A DNA stretch of 64,000 bases from an uncultured Nitrospiraceae bacterium (GCA_963725545.1 CAVRZG010000008.1:59392-123391); one strand, 5' to 3'; counted from the first letter of the stretch, positions 9,472 to 17,934 are shown. Notes: generated by a model from the letters alone, not told the origin. Translations and numbers: made by a program.

Positions 9472-10641
9472 ATGAAAGGCATAACCAAGTATCTCATATT
9501 ATTGATCACGGCCCTCTCGGTCTGTGTTATTAATGCGGAAGCGGACATAGCGACACAGTGTCCGGCAACCATCATTAATACAGCCACCGGAGAGACGAAC
9601 AATCCCAATATTATTTGTAAACATCTGACTGCCGGAGACGGCTTTGTCAAGATGGCTGACGGAACTGACTCTTATATATTCGGGTTCTCCGATGTAACAG
9701 GGGTCCCGGATAACCAGGTCATGGATATGGGGATGCTGATGGCTAATTTTTCGGCGCCTACACTTACGGTGAGAGAAGGCCAGGAATTCTATCTCACTCT
9801 TACTAACGCGGGCATGATGATGCGTCCTGATCTCTTTGATCCGCACACAGTCCATTTTCACGGCTTCCCAAATGCGTCATCAGTTTTTGACGGAGAGCCG
9901 ATGGCGTCTATCGCCATAAACATGGGCAACAGCATAACCTACTATTACAATGTGGTAGAGCCCGGCACCCATATGTACCACTGTCATGTTGAGGCGTCAG
10001 AGCACATGCAGATGGGCATGCTCGGAAACCTTTATGTGCTCCCTGCACAGGATGGCACCTCCTACGGTGGATATACAACCTTCGCGTACAACGATGGGGA
10101 CGGCTCAACCGGTTATGACGTTGCCTATCCGATTCAAATGGTGTCGTTTGATCCGAATTTTCACGCGGCGGACCTGAATATTCAGCCTCCTCCTTTTGCC
10201 TTGATGAAAGACACTTATACCATGCTGAACGGAAGGGGATATCCCGACACAATAAATCCTTCGGTTATTCTTAACATGAACGGAGATCCTTCTCAGCAGA
10301 TAAACTCCCTCATTACCGCTGCCCAAGGAGACAAGGTGCTGCTGAGGATTTCGAGTCTCTCAACCACTGATTTCTATACTTTGGCCATTCTCGGAATTCC
10401 TATGAAAGTTGTGGGTACAGGCGCCCGCATCCTGCGGGGGAAAGGTTTGCCTTCTGGAACAGACCTGTATTACAACACCAATTCAGTCACGCTCGGTGGC
10501 GGTGAGTCGACAGATGTAATCCTTGATACAACTGACGTCGATCCCGGCACGTATTTCCTGTACACCACCAACCTGAATGACCTTAGCAATAATAATGAAG
10601 ATTTCGGTGGAATGATGACCGAAATTGTCGTCACGCCTTAG
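9472..10641 (+). CDS. Two-cupredoxin multicopper-oxidase subunit A: N-terminal domain has a complete T1 site plus 4 trinuclear-cluster His; C-terminal domain has no ligands
   Basis: SD AAGGAG then ATG at 9472. Sec signal MKGITKYLILLITALSVCVINAEA. HTVHFHG (HxxHxH, ~9844-9864). YHCHVEASEHMQMGM (HCH at 9979-9987, followed by H and M). The second domain (LNGRGYP..VLLRISS..) has no HxH motifs. Confidence 0.85.
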   Translation: MKGITKYLILLITALSVCVINAEADIATQCPATIINTATGETNNPNIICKHLTAGDGFVKMADGTDSYIFGFSDVTGVPDNQVMDMGMLMANFSAPTLTVREGQEFYLTLTNAGMMMRPDLFDPHTVHFHGFPNASSVFDGEPMASIAINMGNSITYYYNVVEPGTHMYHCHVEASEHMQMGMLGNLYVLPAQDGTSYGGYTTFAYNDGDGSTGYDVAYPIQMVSFDPNFHAADLNIQPPPFALMKDTYTMLNGRGYPDTINPSVILNMNGDPSQQINSLITAAQGDKVLLRISSLSTTDFYTLAILGIPMKVVGTGARILRGKGLPSGTDLYYNTNSVTLGGGESTDVILDTTDVDPGTYFLYTTNLNDLSNNNEDFGGMMTEIVVTP

Positions 10642-10661
10642 GTGAGATGAGGAGGAATGCC

Positions 10662-11999
10662 ATGAATAAATTCAATAGAACGACACTTATTTTGTTTTTC
10701 TTGACCTTTACGATCTTCACGTGGACTAAGAATCTATATGCCTTTATTGAGGGTGTGAGCGGATCGTCATTTAATCTGACCGCTAAGACAGGGCACATCA
10801 GCACGCCTGACGGCAACAGCGTCTTTATGTGGGGGTTTGCGTTGGATACCCCAAGCGCTTTTTGTCCAGGGGGCGGTTGCATGCAGTATCCCGGGCCCAC
10901 CTTTATTGTGAATCAGAATGATACGGTAACGATCACTCTGACCAACGGCCTTGCAGAACCTGTATCAATAGTATTTCCGGGGCAGGCTGTCACTGCGACC
11001 GGAGGGGTCCCGGGTCTTCTGACAAATGAAGCCCTCCCAGGGGGGACGGTCCAATACTCATTTACCGCAAACAACCCCGGCACATTCACCTATTACAGCG
11101 GCACAAATTCCGCGCTGCAGGTTGAAATGGGCCTTGCCGGGACACTCATAGTGAGGCCGGCAGGTTACAATGAAGCGGACATGGATACGTATAAGGCATA
11201 TTCTCATAATGATTCAAAATTTGATCGTGAATATCTCTTTTTCCTCAGCGAGATAGACCCTAATATTCATCAACTCGTGGAATTCGGCAAAATGGATATG
11301 GTTGATACAACCACGTTTTTCCCGAACTATTTCTTTGAAAACGGACGCAACCTCCCGGATACGATGGCTGATGCCTATGTCGACTGGCTCCCGAGCCAGC
11401 CTTATAACTGTATGCCTATTATGCATCCCAACGAGAAGGTGCTTATCAGATTCGTCGGCGGCAACAGGGCGTCACATCCGCTTCATACCCATGGGAACAA
11501 CCATCTTGTAATTGCCAGAGATGGGAAGCTTCTCGAAAGCACTCCCGGCGCAGGCGCAGACCTGTCCGAATCGAATTTTACAACAACAGTTTATCCGGGA
11601 GGAACAGCAGACGCTATCTGGACATGGACGGGAGAAAAACTCGGATGGGACATCTACGGCCACACTGATCCGACAAACACCGGGAAGATAGGCGCAGCAT
11701 GTACCGCAGCCGGTGTGCCCCTCCAGCCTGGCGAATATGAACCCGACCACTGCAAACCCATACCTGTTAATCTGCCTGACATACTTAGCCTCACAGTGGG
11801 GCCGCATTACAGCGGAAGTCCGTTCCTGGGCCAGATGGGCGCTCTTCCTCCTGGAACCGGCGGTTATAATATGTTCGGCGGGATTTTCTTCATGTGGCAC
11901 TCCCATAATGAGAAAGAACTCACCAACTACAATATTTTCCCCGGCGGCATGGCTACGATGGCTGTTGTTGAACCGCCCGGCGCGCCTATAATGCCTTAA
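10662..11999 (+). CDS. Two-cupredoxin multicopper-oxidase subunit B: N-terminal domain has no ligands; C-terminal domain keeps 4 trinuclear-cluster His but has no T1 Cys
   Basis: SD GAGGAGGA then ATG at 10662 (alternative ATG at 10647). Signal MNKFNRTTLILFFLTFTIFTWTKNLYA. Domain 1 has VSIVFPGQ and TYYSGTNSALQVEMGLAG in place of the HxHG and WYHSH motifs. Domain 2 has HPLHTHG (11475-11492) and MWHSH (HSH at 11898-11906), with Ser where the T1 Cys would be. Confidence 0.8.
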   Translation: MNKFNRTTLILFFLTFTIFTWTKNLYAFIEGVSGSSFNLTAKTGHISTPDGNSVFMWGFALDTPSAFCPGGGCMQYPGPTFIVNQNDTVTITLTNGLAEPVSIVFPGQAVTATGGVPGLLTNEALPGGTVQYSFTANNPGTFTYYSGTNSALQVEMGLAGTLIVRPAGYNEADMDTYKAYSHNDSKFDREYLFFLSEIDPNIHQLVEFGKMDMVDTTTFFPNYFFENGRNLPDTMADAYVDWLPSQPYNCMPIMHPNEKVLIRFVGGNRASHPLHTHGNNHLVIARDGKLLESTPGAGADLSESNFTTTVYPGGTADAIWTWTGEKLGWDIYGHTDPTNTGKIGAACTAAGVPLQPGEYEPDHCKPIPVNLPDILSLTVGPHYSGSPFLGQMGALPPGTGGYNMFGGIFFMWHSHNEKELTNYNIFPGGMATMAVVEPPGAPIMP

Positions 12000-12013
12000 T
12001 GAGGAGGAAAAAA

Positions 12014-15000
12014 ATGAAAGAGAAAAATATAATACTGAAAAGAACTCTGACACTTGCATTTGCTCTTGTCAGCTTCCTGACCCTTATGACAGGCATTTCC
12101 TTTGGTGCGGATGTAGATGTCTATCTGAGGGCGGATGTGCTGACGATTCCTGTTAATACGTTCAACAACCCGGAACCTATTGTAATGTGGGGATATGCCC
12201 AATGTCCCACTAATGCATTTACCGGGTGCTCTGCGGCAACCGTGCCCGGCCCTACTATAAGGGCCAAAGCAGGAGATGTGCTCACAATTCATCTGAAGAA
12301 TAATTTGGCAGGGGCATATACTGAGCCGACTTCGATCATAATTCCGGGACAGATTACAACCATGCACCCTGTATGGATTGACAATGTCGGCTCCATCGTC
12401 TCTACGGATTCCAGAAACGCTTCTGACATCACTTCGAGGGTAAGATCATTTACCAGTGAAGCTTCTACTGGAGGACAGGAGAACTATACTTGGAATGGTG
12501 TCGTGGGCGCTCCTGGTCTGAAGGCTGGGACCTATCTTTACCAGAGCGGGACACACCCGTCGCTTCAGGTCCAGATGGGACTTTATGGCGCACTGATAGT
12601 TGACACTAACCCAGCTGTAGCACCCAAAGTTGCTTATGCGGGAGTGACTTATGACAGTGAAGCAATCGTGCTCTATAGCGAGATAGACCCTGAACTCCAT
12701 TATTCAGTGGCCTCCGGCAATTACGGCATTCAGCAGCCCGCGCCGCCTGCGCCTCCCATCAGGGGACGCATAACAAGTACTATTGATTACAACCCTCGGT
12801 TCTTCCTGGTAAATGGGACACCTTACACTCCCGGCAGCTCTCCTGTTTTCACGGGAAGTCAAGGAGACACGACAATCATAAGGTACCTGAACGCAGGACT
12901 TCAGACTCATGTGCCAATTGTTCAAGGCTCTTATATGTCTATTATGGCGGAAGACGGCAATCTGCTGCCCTACCCAAGAGAACAATACTCAATGATGCTG
13001 GCTGCCGGAAAGACCTTGGATGCGATCATTACGCTCCCTTCCACACCGGGCTACATCCCCATCTACGACAGGACGCTCGACCTGACAAATGGAGCTGCCG
13101 CCCCCGGAGGATTGCTTGCATATATAAATGTTCCGGGACCTGCTCAGTACACTTTGACTGTCAATAAAACCGGAAGCACCGGCAACGGCACAATATTAGC
13201 GGCAAGCATGCCGGGTGGTATATCATGCGGAACTGATTGTCAGGAGACATACAACTCCGGAACTGTATTGAGACTTTCAGCCATACCTGATGCGGGTTCT
13301 TCTTTTGCAGGATGGTCGGGGGACCCCTCGTGCACAGGCATAGGGACATGCATCGTTACAATGAATGCCGTCAAAACAATCACAGGCGTATTTACACCCA
13401 TAGTCTATCATACGGTCACTCCATCAGTAGGGTCGGGCAACGGCACGATTAGCCCGTCCACCCCTCAGTCGGTGGTTTCCGGCAATACCGCATCCTTCAC
13501 GCTGAATCCGGGCGCTCACTATCATATTTCATCGGTCGGCGGCGACTGCGGCGGCACTCTTGTTGGGAACCAATACACTACAGCGTCAGTCACAGGGGCT
13601 TGCAACGTTATAGCCAATTTTGCGATTGACCAGGTCACCGTTACTCCTTTGATCGCAGGAAGCGGCAGCACGAATCCGTCGACACCTCAAACGATAGATT
13701 ATAATACCTCCACTTCCTTTACAGTAAACGCAAATGCAGGGTTTCATATTCAGTCAGTCACGGGATGCGGCGGGACATTACTTGTCGATACATTCACAAC
13801 GGGGCTGGTCACTGCAAACTGCACTGTAACGGCAACCTTTGCGCCGGACACATACACTGTTAATCCATCGGCCGGACCAGGCGGCGCTATTAATCCGTCA
13901 ACCCAGCAGACAGTGCCGGCCAATCAGACAACAGCTTTTCTCATAAGCCCGAATGCAGGGTTTCAAATCAACACAGTCACCGGATGCGGCGGGACATTTA
14001 ATGCAAATACAAATACGTATACAACAGGACCTATTACCTCCAACTGCAACGTAGCAGCCACGTTTGTGCAAGGCATAAACGTCGGTGTCCCCAATGGCGG
14101 CGAGAATTGGCTACCAGGCACAGTGCAGACAATCAGATGGACATACTCCGGGGCAACGGGCAGCTTCGTGAAGATCGATCTTTACAAGGGTGGTGTGTTT
14201 AATAGAACCGTTATCGCATCCACATTCACAGGCACCGGAGGAAACGGCTCTTATATCTGGCCTGTGCCGTCCAATCTTGTGCCTGGAACAGACTACCGGA
14301 TAAAGGTAACAAGCACAACAAACAGCACACTAACAGACATAAGCAATAACAACTTCACCATCACTGGTCCGACCATAACGGTTGTTGCGCCTGATGGCGG
14401 AGAAAACTGGCAGGCTGGGACAACGACGGCTATCACCTGGACATACACCGGCAATCCCGGCAACGTGAAAATCGAGCTCTTTAAGGGCGGCTTGCTCAAC
14501 AGAACCATTTCGGCAAGCGCCTCTGTCGGCGCAGGCGGGAACGGCTCTTTCAACTGGGCTATACCGTCCAATCAGACCACAGGTCCTGATTTCCAAATCA
14601 AGGTAACAAGCACATCGAATGGGACTGTAACTGATATGAGCAATGCCAACTTTACAATATCGCCTCCGCCCATCACTCCTTCGACCATAACGCTTGTTGC
14701 GCCTAACGGCGGAGAAAACTGGCAGGCTGGGACGACGACGGCTATCACCTGGACATACACCGGCAATCCCGGCAACGTGAAAATCGAGCTCTTTAAGGGC
14801 GGCTTGCTCAACAGAACCATTTCGGCAAGCGCCTCTGTCGGCGCAGGCGGGAACGGCTCTTTCAACTGGGCTATACCGTCCGATCAGACCACAGGTCCTG
14901 ATTTCCGAATCACTGTAACAAGCATATCGGATGGAACTGTAACGGATACAAGCATTTCTAACTTTACAATATCGCCTCCGCCCATCGCTCCTCCGCCCAT

Positions 15001-15292
15001 AACGGTTGTTGCGCCTAATGGCGGAGAGAACTGGACAAGAGGGACGATAAGGACAATTACCTGGACATACACTGGAAATCCCGGCACTTTTCTCAAAATC
15101 GAGCTTTTGAAAGGCGGCGTATTAAATAGTACCATTACCACTTTCGCATCTGCTGGAATCAACGGCAATGGGTCCTTTACCTGGTTCATACCCTTCAATC
15201 AGGCCACAGGTAATAATTACCAGATCAGGGTAACAAGCACATCGAATGGAACCATTACGGATATGAGCAACGCTAACTTTACAATACAGTAA
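12014..15292 (+). CDS. Ligand-free MCO paralogue (two degenerate cupredoxin domains) fused to four InlB-B-repeat-like Ig domains and four GGENW modules; predicted non-catalytic scaffold/anchor subunit
   Basis: SD GAGGAGG then ATG at 12014 (an ATG at 11999 overlaps the stop of subunit B). Signal MKEKNIILKRTLTLAFALVSFLTLMTGISFGA. Clear homology to subunit B (IVMWGY, PGPTI, TSIIIPGQ, YLYQSGTHPSLQVQMGLYGALIV, LYSEIDPELH), but every Cu-ligand position is substituted. Followed by the G.G.I..S.P..I.CG..C..TY..GT.V.L.A.P..GS.F.GWSGD type repeat and three relatives, then 4 GGENW modules. Confidence 0.75.
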   Translation: MKEKNIILKRTLTLAFALVSFLTLMTGISFGADVDVYLRADVLTIPVNTFNNPEPIVMWGYAQCPTNAFTGCSAATVPGPTIRAKAGDVLTIHLKNNLAGAYTEPTSIIIPGQITTMHPVWIDNVGSIVSTDSRNASDITSRVRSFTSEASTGGQENYTWNGVVGAPGLKAGTYLYQSGTHPSLQVQMGLYGALIVDTNPAVAPKVAYAGVTYDSEAIVLYSEIDPELHYSVASGNYGIQQPAPPAPPIRGRITSTIDYNPRFFLVNGTPYTPGSSPVFTGSQGDTTIIRYLNAGLQTHVPIVQGSYMSIMAEDGNLLPYPREQYSMMLAAGKTLDAIITLPSTPGYIPIYDRTLDLTNGAAAPGGLLAYINVPGPAQYTLTVNKTGSTGNGTILAASMPGGISCGTDCQETYNSGTVLRLSAIPDAGSSFAGWSGDPSCTGIGTCIVTMNAVKTITGVFTPIVYHTVTPSVGSGNGTISPSTPQSVVSGNTASFTLNPGAHYHISSVGGDCGGTLVGNQYTTASVTGACNVIANFAIDQVTVTPLIAGSGSTNPSTPQTIDYNTSTSFTVNANAGFHIQSVTGCGGTLLVDTFTTGLVTANCTVTATFAPDTYTVNPSAGPGGAINPSTQQTVPANQTTAFLISPNAGFQINTVTGCGGTFNANTNTYTTGPITSNCNVAATFVQGINVGVPNGGENWLPGTVQTIRWTYSGATGSFVKIDLYKGGVFNRTVIASTFTGTGGNGSYIWPVPSNLVPGTDYRIKVTSTTNSTLTDISNNNFTITGPTITVVAPDGGENWQAGTTTAITWTYTGNPGNVKIELFKGGLLNRTISASASVGAGGNGSFNWAIPSNQTTGPDFQIKVTSTSNGTVTDMSNANFTISPPPITPSTITLVAPNGGENWQAGTTTAITWTYTGNPGNVKIELFKGGLLNRTISASASVGAGGNGSFNWAIPSDQTTGPDFRITVTSISDGTVTDTSISNFTISPPPIAPPPITVVAPNGGENWTRGTIRTITWTYTGNPGTFLKIELLKGGVLNSTITTFASAGINGNGSFTWFIPFNQATGNNYQIRVTSTSNGTITDMSNANFTIQ
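14072..15289 (+). repeat. Four tandem ~300-bp coding GGENW modules (approx 14072-14371, 14372-14683, 14684-14995, 14996-15289)
   Basis: Direct reading. Modules 2 and 3 share a ~200-nt core that is nearly identical. Module 4 is nearly identical to 9121-9411. Confidence 0.85.
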
Positions 15293-15332
15293 ACGTCCAT
15301 AGGCGCATGTTGAATCCGACTTGACGGGTTCA

Positions 15333-15374
15333 CCCGCCTTGCACCTCCCTCTGCTGAAGGAGTTGCAAGGCGGG
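15333..15374 (+). terminator. Long GC-rich hairpin after the MCO operon (terminator-like, no clear U tract)
   Basis: CCCGCCTTGCA (15333-15343) pairs with TGCAAGGCGGG (15364-15374); there is an inner CTCC/GGAG stem. Confidence 0.4.
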
Positions 15375-15606
15375 ACAAAGAATAATGATGCCAAAGTATC
15401 CGTCGATTTATTAAAATAAAGAAACAACCGGAGATGATATCTGTTCAGCTTGTGCTGACCCTGCTGCTTACAGGAATAAATGAAGAACCCTGCGGCAGAG
15501 ACCGCAGGGTATCTTAATGTAAGGAATTGTTTTTTTAGATTCGCTCGCTAACCCGGCGGCAAGCCGGCGGGAAATGCACTCGATATCCGTTTCAGAAGGA
15601 CTGAGA

Positions 15607-17934
15607 ATGACGATAAAAAAGGTGTCTTCACTTTTTGCTTTTTCGGCTGTGTGTATCTGTATACTGGCTTTTGCGCATAATGCTTACGCAATAAACCATG
15701 CTGCGTCACTCGAAAAATTAATCCGTTCTCTAAGTCCGGAGTACGAATTGCCTGTAATTATCCATATGTCCGACAAAGCAGCCATTGGTTCCATAACAGG
15801 TAATGATAAACGGATACGAACAACAAAGATTGTGCGGGCACTCAAAGACAAGGCAAATGTGACCCAGGCGAAGCTCCTGTCCTTTCTCGAAATGAGAGAA
15901 GCCCAAAAAATAAAAAGCCTATGGATTATTAACAGCATTGCGGCAGCTGTGCCGGTCAGGTTCATTCCCGAACTGGAAAAATTTCCCGGGGTAGAAAGCG
16001 TTGAGCAGGACTATATTGTGCACGCGCCTGTTGTTAAGTATGGAAGCGCGGCCTTGCCGGAGTCGAACCTGGAGGCTATCAGAGCACCGGAGGTCTGGAA
16101 TCTGGGGCACACGGGGGCGGGAGTGGTAGTTGCAACCGTGGATACGGGCGTTGATATTCATCACCCGGACCTGGCAGGCAAATGGAGGGGCGGCGCCAAC
16201 AGCTGGTACGACCCCAACGGCGAGCACTCTTCACCGTATGATGCGGACGGCCACGGCACAATGACCGCAGGGATTATGATCGGTGGTTCGTCGGGAGGGA
16301 CCGCGATCGGGGTTGCTCCGGATGCGAAATGGATCGCAGTCAAGATTTTCAATGACAAAGGGGATTCAACGACAAGTGATATTCACGATGGTTTTCAATG
16401 GCTTCTCGACCCGGATAACAATCCCGTTACCGATGATACCCCTGATGTTGTCAACGCCTCATGGGGATTAGTTGACAGCACTGGGAACTGCGTTCTCAGT
16501 TTCCAGCTGGACATACAAAATTTAAGGGCTGCGGGCATTGCAGTCGTCTTCGCAGCTGGAAACGAGGGGCAACCTGCTCCGCCTTTGACAAATACGAGCG
16601 ACAGCCCTGCAAACAATCCGGGCTCCTTTGCTGTGGGAGCGGTCGACAGTAATAATATAATAGCGTCATTCAGCAGCCGCGGACCTTCTGCCTGTGACGG
16701 CAGTATATTCCCTCATGTAGTTGCCCCCGGAGTGGATATCCGGACCTCAGACCTTACAGCAGGAGGAGTTTTTCCTGATTCTTATACCTATGTATCTGGC
16801 ACGTCTTTTTCTGCGCCTCATGTTGCAGGCGCCATGGCCTTGCTAAAAAGCGCATTTCCCGGAAAGACTATGGAGGAAATTGAACTGTCGCTGGAGCAAT
16901 CTGCAACAGACCTCGGAATCCCGGAGGGCGACAACGCCTATGGATACGGACTGATAAATGTATTGAGCGCATACAATGTCCTTCTGACCGCTAATTCTGC
17001 GAGCCCTAAAATTGAAGTCTCGCCTGCATCCTACGATTTTGGAGAAACCGTAGCAGGCGCAAGTTCTTCGCCGGCTTCCTTTCTATTTTCCAATAAAGGG
17101 ACCTCAGACCTTCAAATGGGAGCGGCATCTTTTGGCGGAACAAATACCGATGATTTTAAGATACTCGCTGATAACTGTTCAGGCAGGACGTTGGGCGAAC
17201 AATCAACCTGCTCCGTCGAGATATATTTCATGCCGTCCTCGACCGGCATAAGAACTGCATTTCTTTCCATGACTTCCAATGATCCTGTTGCACCGATATT
17301 GTCCGTAGCGCTTGCGGGAACCGGCAGTGCCCCTCAGGCGCTGACCGTAATGTCTCCTAATGGCAGTGAGAACTGGACTACAGGGACTAAACTGACCGTA
17401 CAATGGACATACTCAGGGAACCCTGGTCCTTTTGTTAAGATCGAACTCCTCAAGGGAGGAGTATTGAACCGCACGATCAAAGCGCGGATTTCAGCGGGTA
17501 AAGGCGCCTACACATGGACTGTCCCGGCAAAACAAAAACTCGGCAATGATTATCGGATCAGGATCAGGAGCACGTCCAATATTGCTTATACCGATACGAG
17601 CGATTCTGATTTCTCCATAGTCTCGCCGCCGCCGCCCTCGATATCCGTTACAGGTCCCCACGGAGGTGAAGTTTGGCAGAGAGGCTCCTCGCAATCCATC
17701 AACTGGACATTTGCAGGGAAGGCGGGCACATATGTGAAGATTCAATTGTTTAAGGGTGGAGTGCTCAACAGGACAATATCGTCATCCGTCAAGATAGGAA
17801 GCAACGGCTCCGGATCATTTGCCTGGAGAATTCCGCTGAATCTGACTACAGGGGATACCTATCAGGTAAAGATCACAAGCAAATCAAAGGGCACTGTTAA
17901 TGATATTAGCAATGGTACTTTCCAGATACAATAG
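15607..17934 (+). CDS. Secreted subtilisin-like serine protease (peptidase S8) with I9-like propeptide, a beta-sandwich domain and two C-terminal GGENW modules
   Basis: ATG at 15607 after GAAGGA. Signal MTIKKVSSLFAFSAVCICILAFAHNAYA. Catalytic triad contexts VVATVDTGVD, DGHGTMTAG and SGTSFSAPHVAG. Then PKIEVSPASYDFGE..FSNKGTSDL..DF (choice-of-anchor-D/ASH-like), then LTVMSPNGSENW.. and ISVTGPHGGEVW.. modules (17341-17931). Confidence 0.9.
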   Translation: MTIKKVSSLFAFSAVCICILAFAHNAYAINHAASLEKLIRSLSPEYELPVIIHMSDKAAIGSITGNDKRIRTTKIVRALKDKANVTQAKLLSFLEMREAQKIKSLWIINSIAAAVPVRFIPELEKFPGVESVEQDYIVHAPVVKYGSAALPESNLEAIRAPEVWNLGHTGAGVVVATVDTGVDIHHPDLAGKWRGGANSWYDPNGEHSSPYDADGHGTMTAGIMIGGSSGGTAIGVAPDAKWIAVKIFNDKGDSTTSDIHDGFQWLLDPDNNPVTDDTPDVVNASWGLVDSTGNCVLSFQLDIQNLRAAGIAVVFAAGNEGQPAPPLTNTSDSPANNPGSFAVGAVDSNNIIASFSSRGPSACDGSIFPHVVAPGVDIRTSDLTAGGVFPDSYTYVSGTSFSAPHVAGAMALLKSAFPGKTMEEIELSLEQSATDLGIPEGDNAYGYGLINVLSAYNVLLTANSASPKIEVSPASYDFGETVAGASSSPASFLFSNKGTSDLQMGAASFGGTNTDDFKILADNCSGRTLGEQSTCSVEIYFMPSSTGIRTAFLSMTSNDPVAPILSVALAGTGSAPQALTVMSPNGSENWTTGTKLTVQWTYSGNPGPFVKIELLKGGVLNRTIKARISAGKGAYTWTVPAKQKLGNDYRIRIRSTSNIAYTDTSDSDFSIVSPPPPSISVTGPHGGEVWQRGSSQSINWTFAGKAGTYVKIQLFKGGVLNRTISSSVKIGSNGSGSFAWRIPLNLTTGDTYQVKITSKSKGTVNDISNGTFQIQ

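Noticed and set aside
10647-10700. A twin-arginine (Tat) signal on MCO subunit B (MRRNAM..) or subunit C (MRRKKM..), since many MCOs are Tat substrates.
   Set aside because: The RR pairs are not in an S/T-R-R-x-F-L-K context. They lie upstream of better SD-ATG starts (10662, 12014), after which the peptides look like ordinary Sec signals.
11472-12059. 195-aa minus-strand ORF across the junction of MCO subunits B and C.
   Set aside because: It is antisense to a cupredoxin domain with conserved copper-ligand motifs. Its sequence is low-complexity and Cys/Arg-rich, and it has no recognisable family.
8742-15198. A series of 77-104-aa minus-strand ORFs (8742-8975, 9042-9320, 14293-14571, 14572-14865, 14884-15198) with mutually similar sequences.
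   Set aside because: They are mirror-image shadows of the GGENW coding repeats on the plus strand. They repeat only because the sense modules repeat. They have no starts with an SD and sit inside long, well-supported plus-strand genes.
8821-15289. Could the regularly spaced repeats be a CRISPR array?
   Set aside because: The repeat unit is about 300 bp, is protein-coding and in frame, and has no short unique spacers. No cas genes are present.
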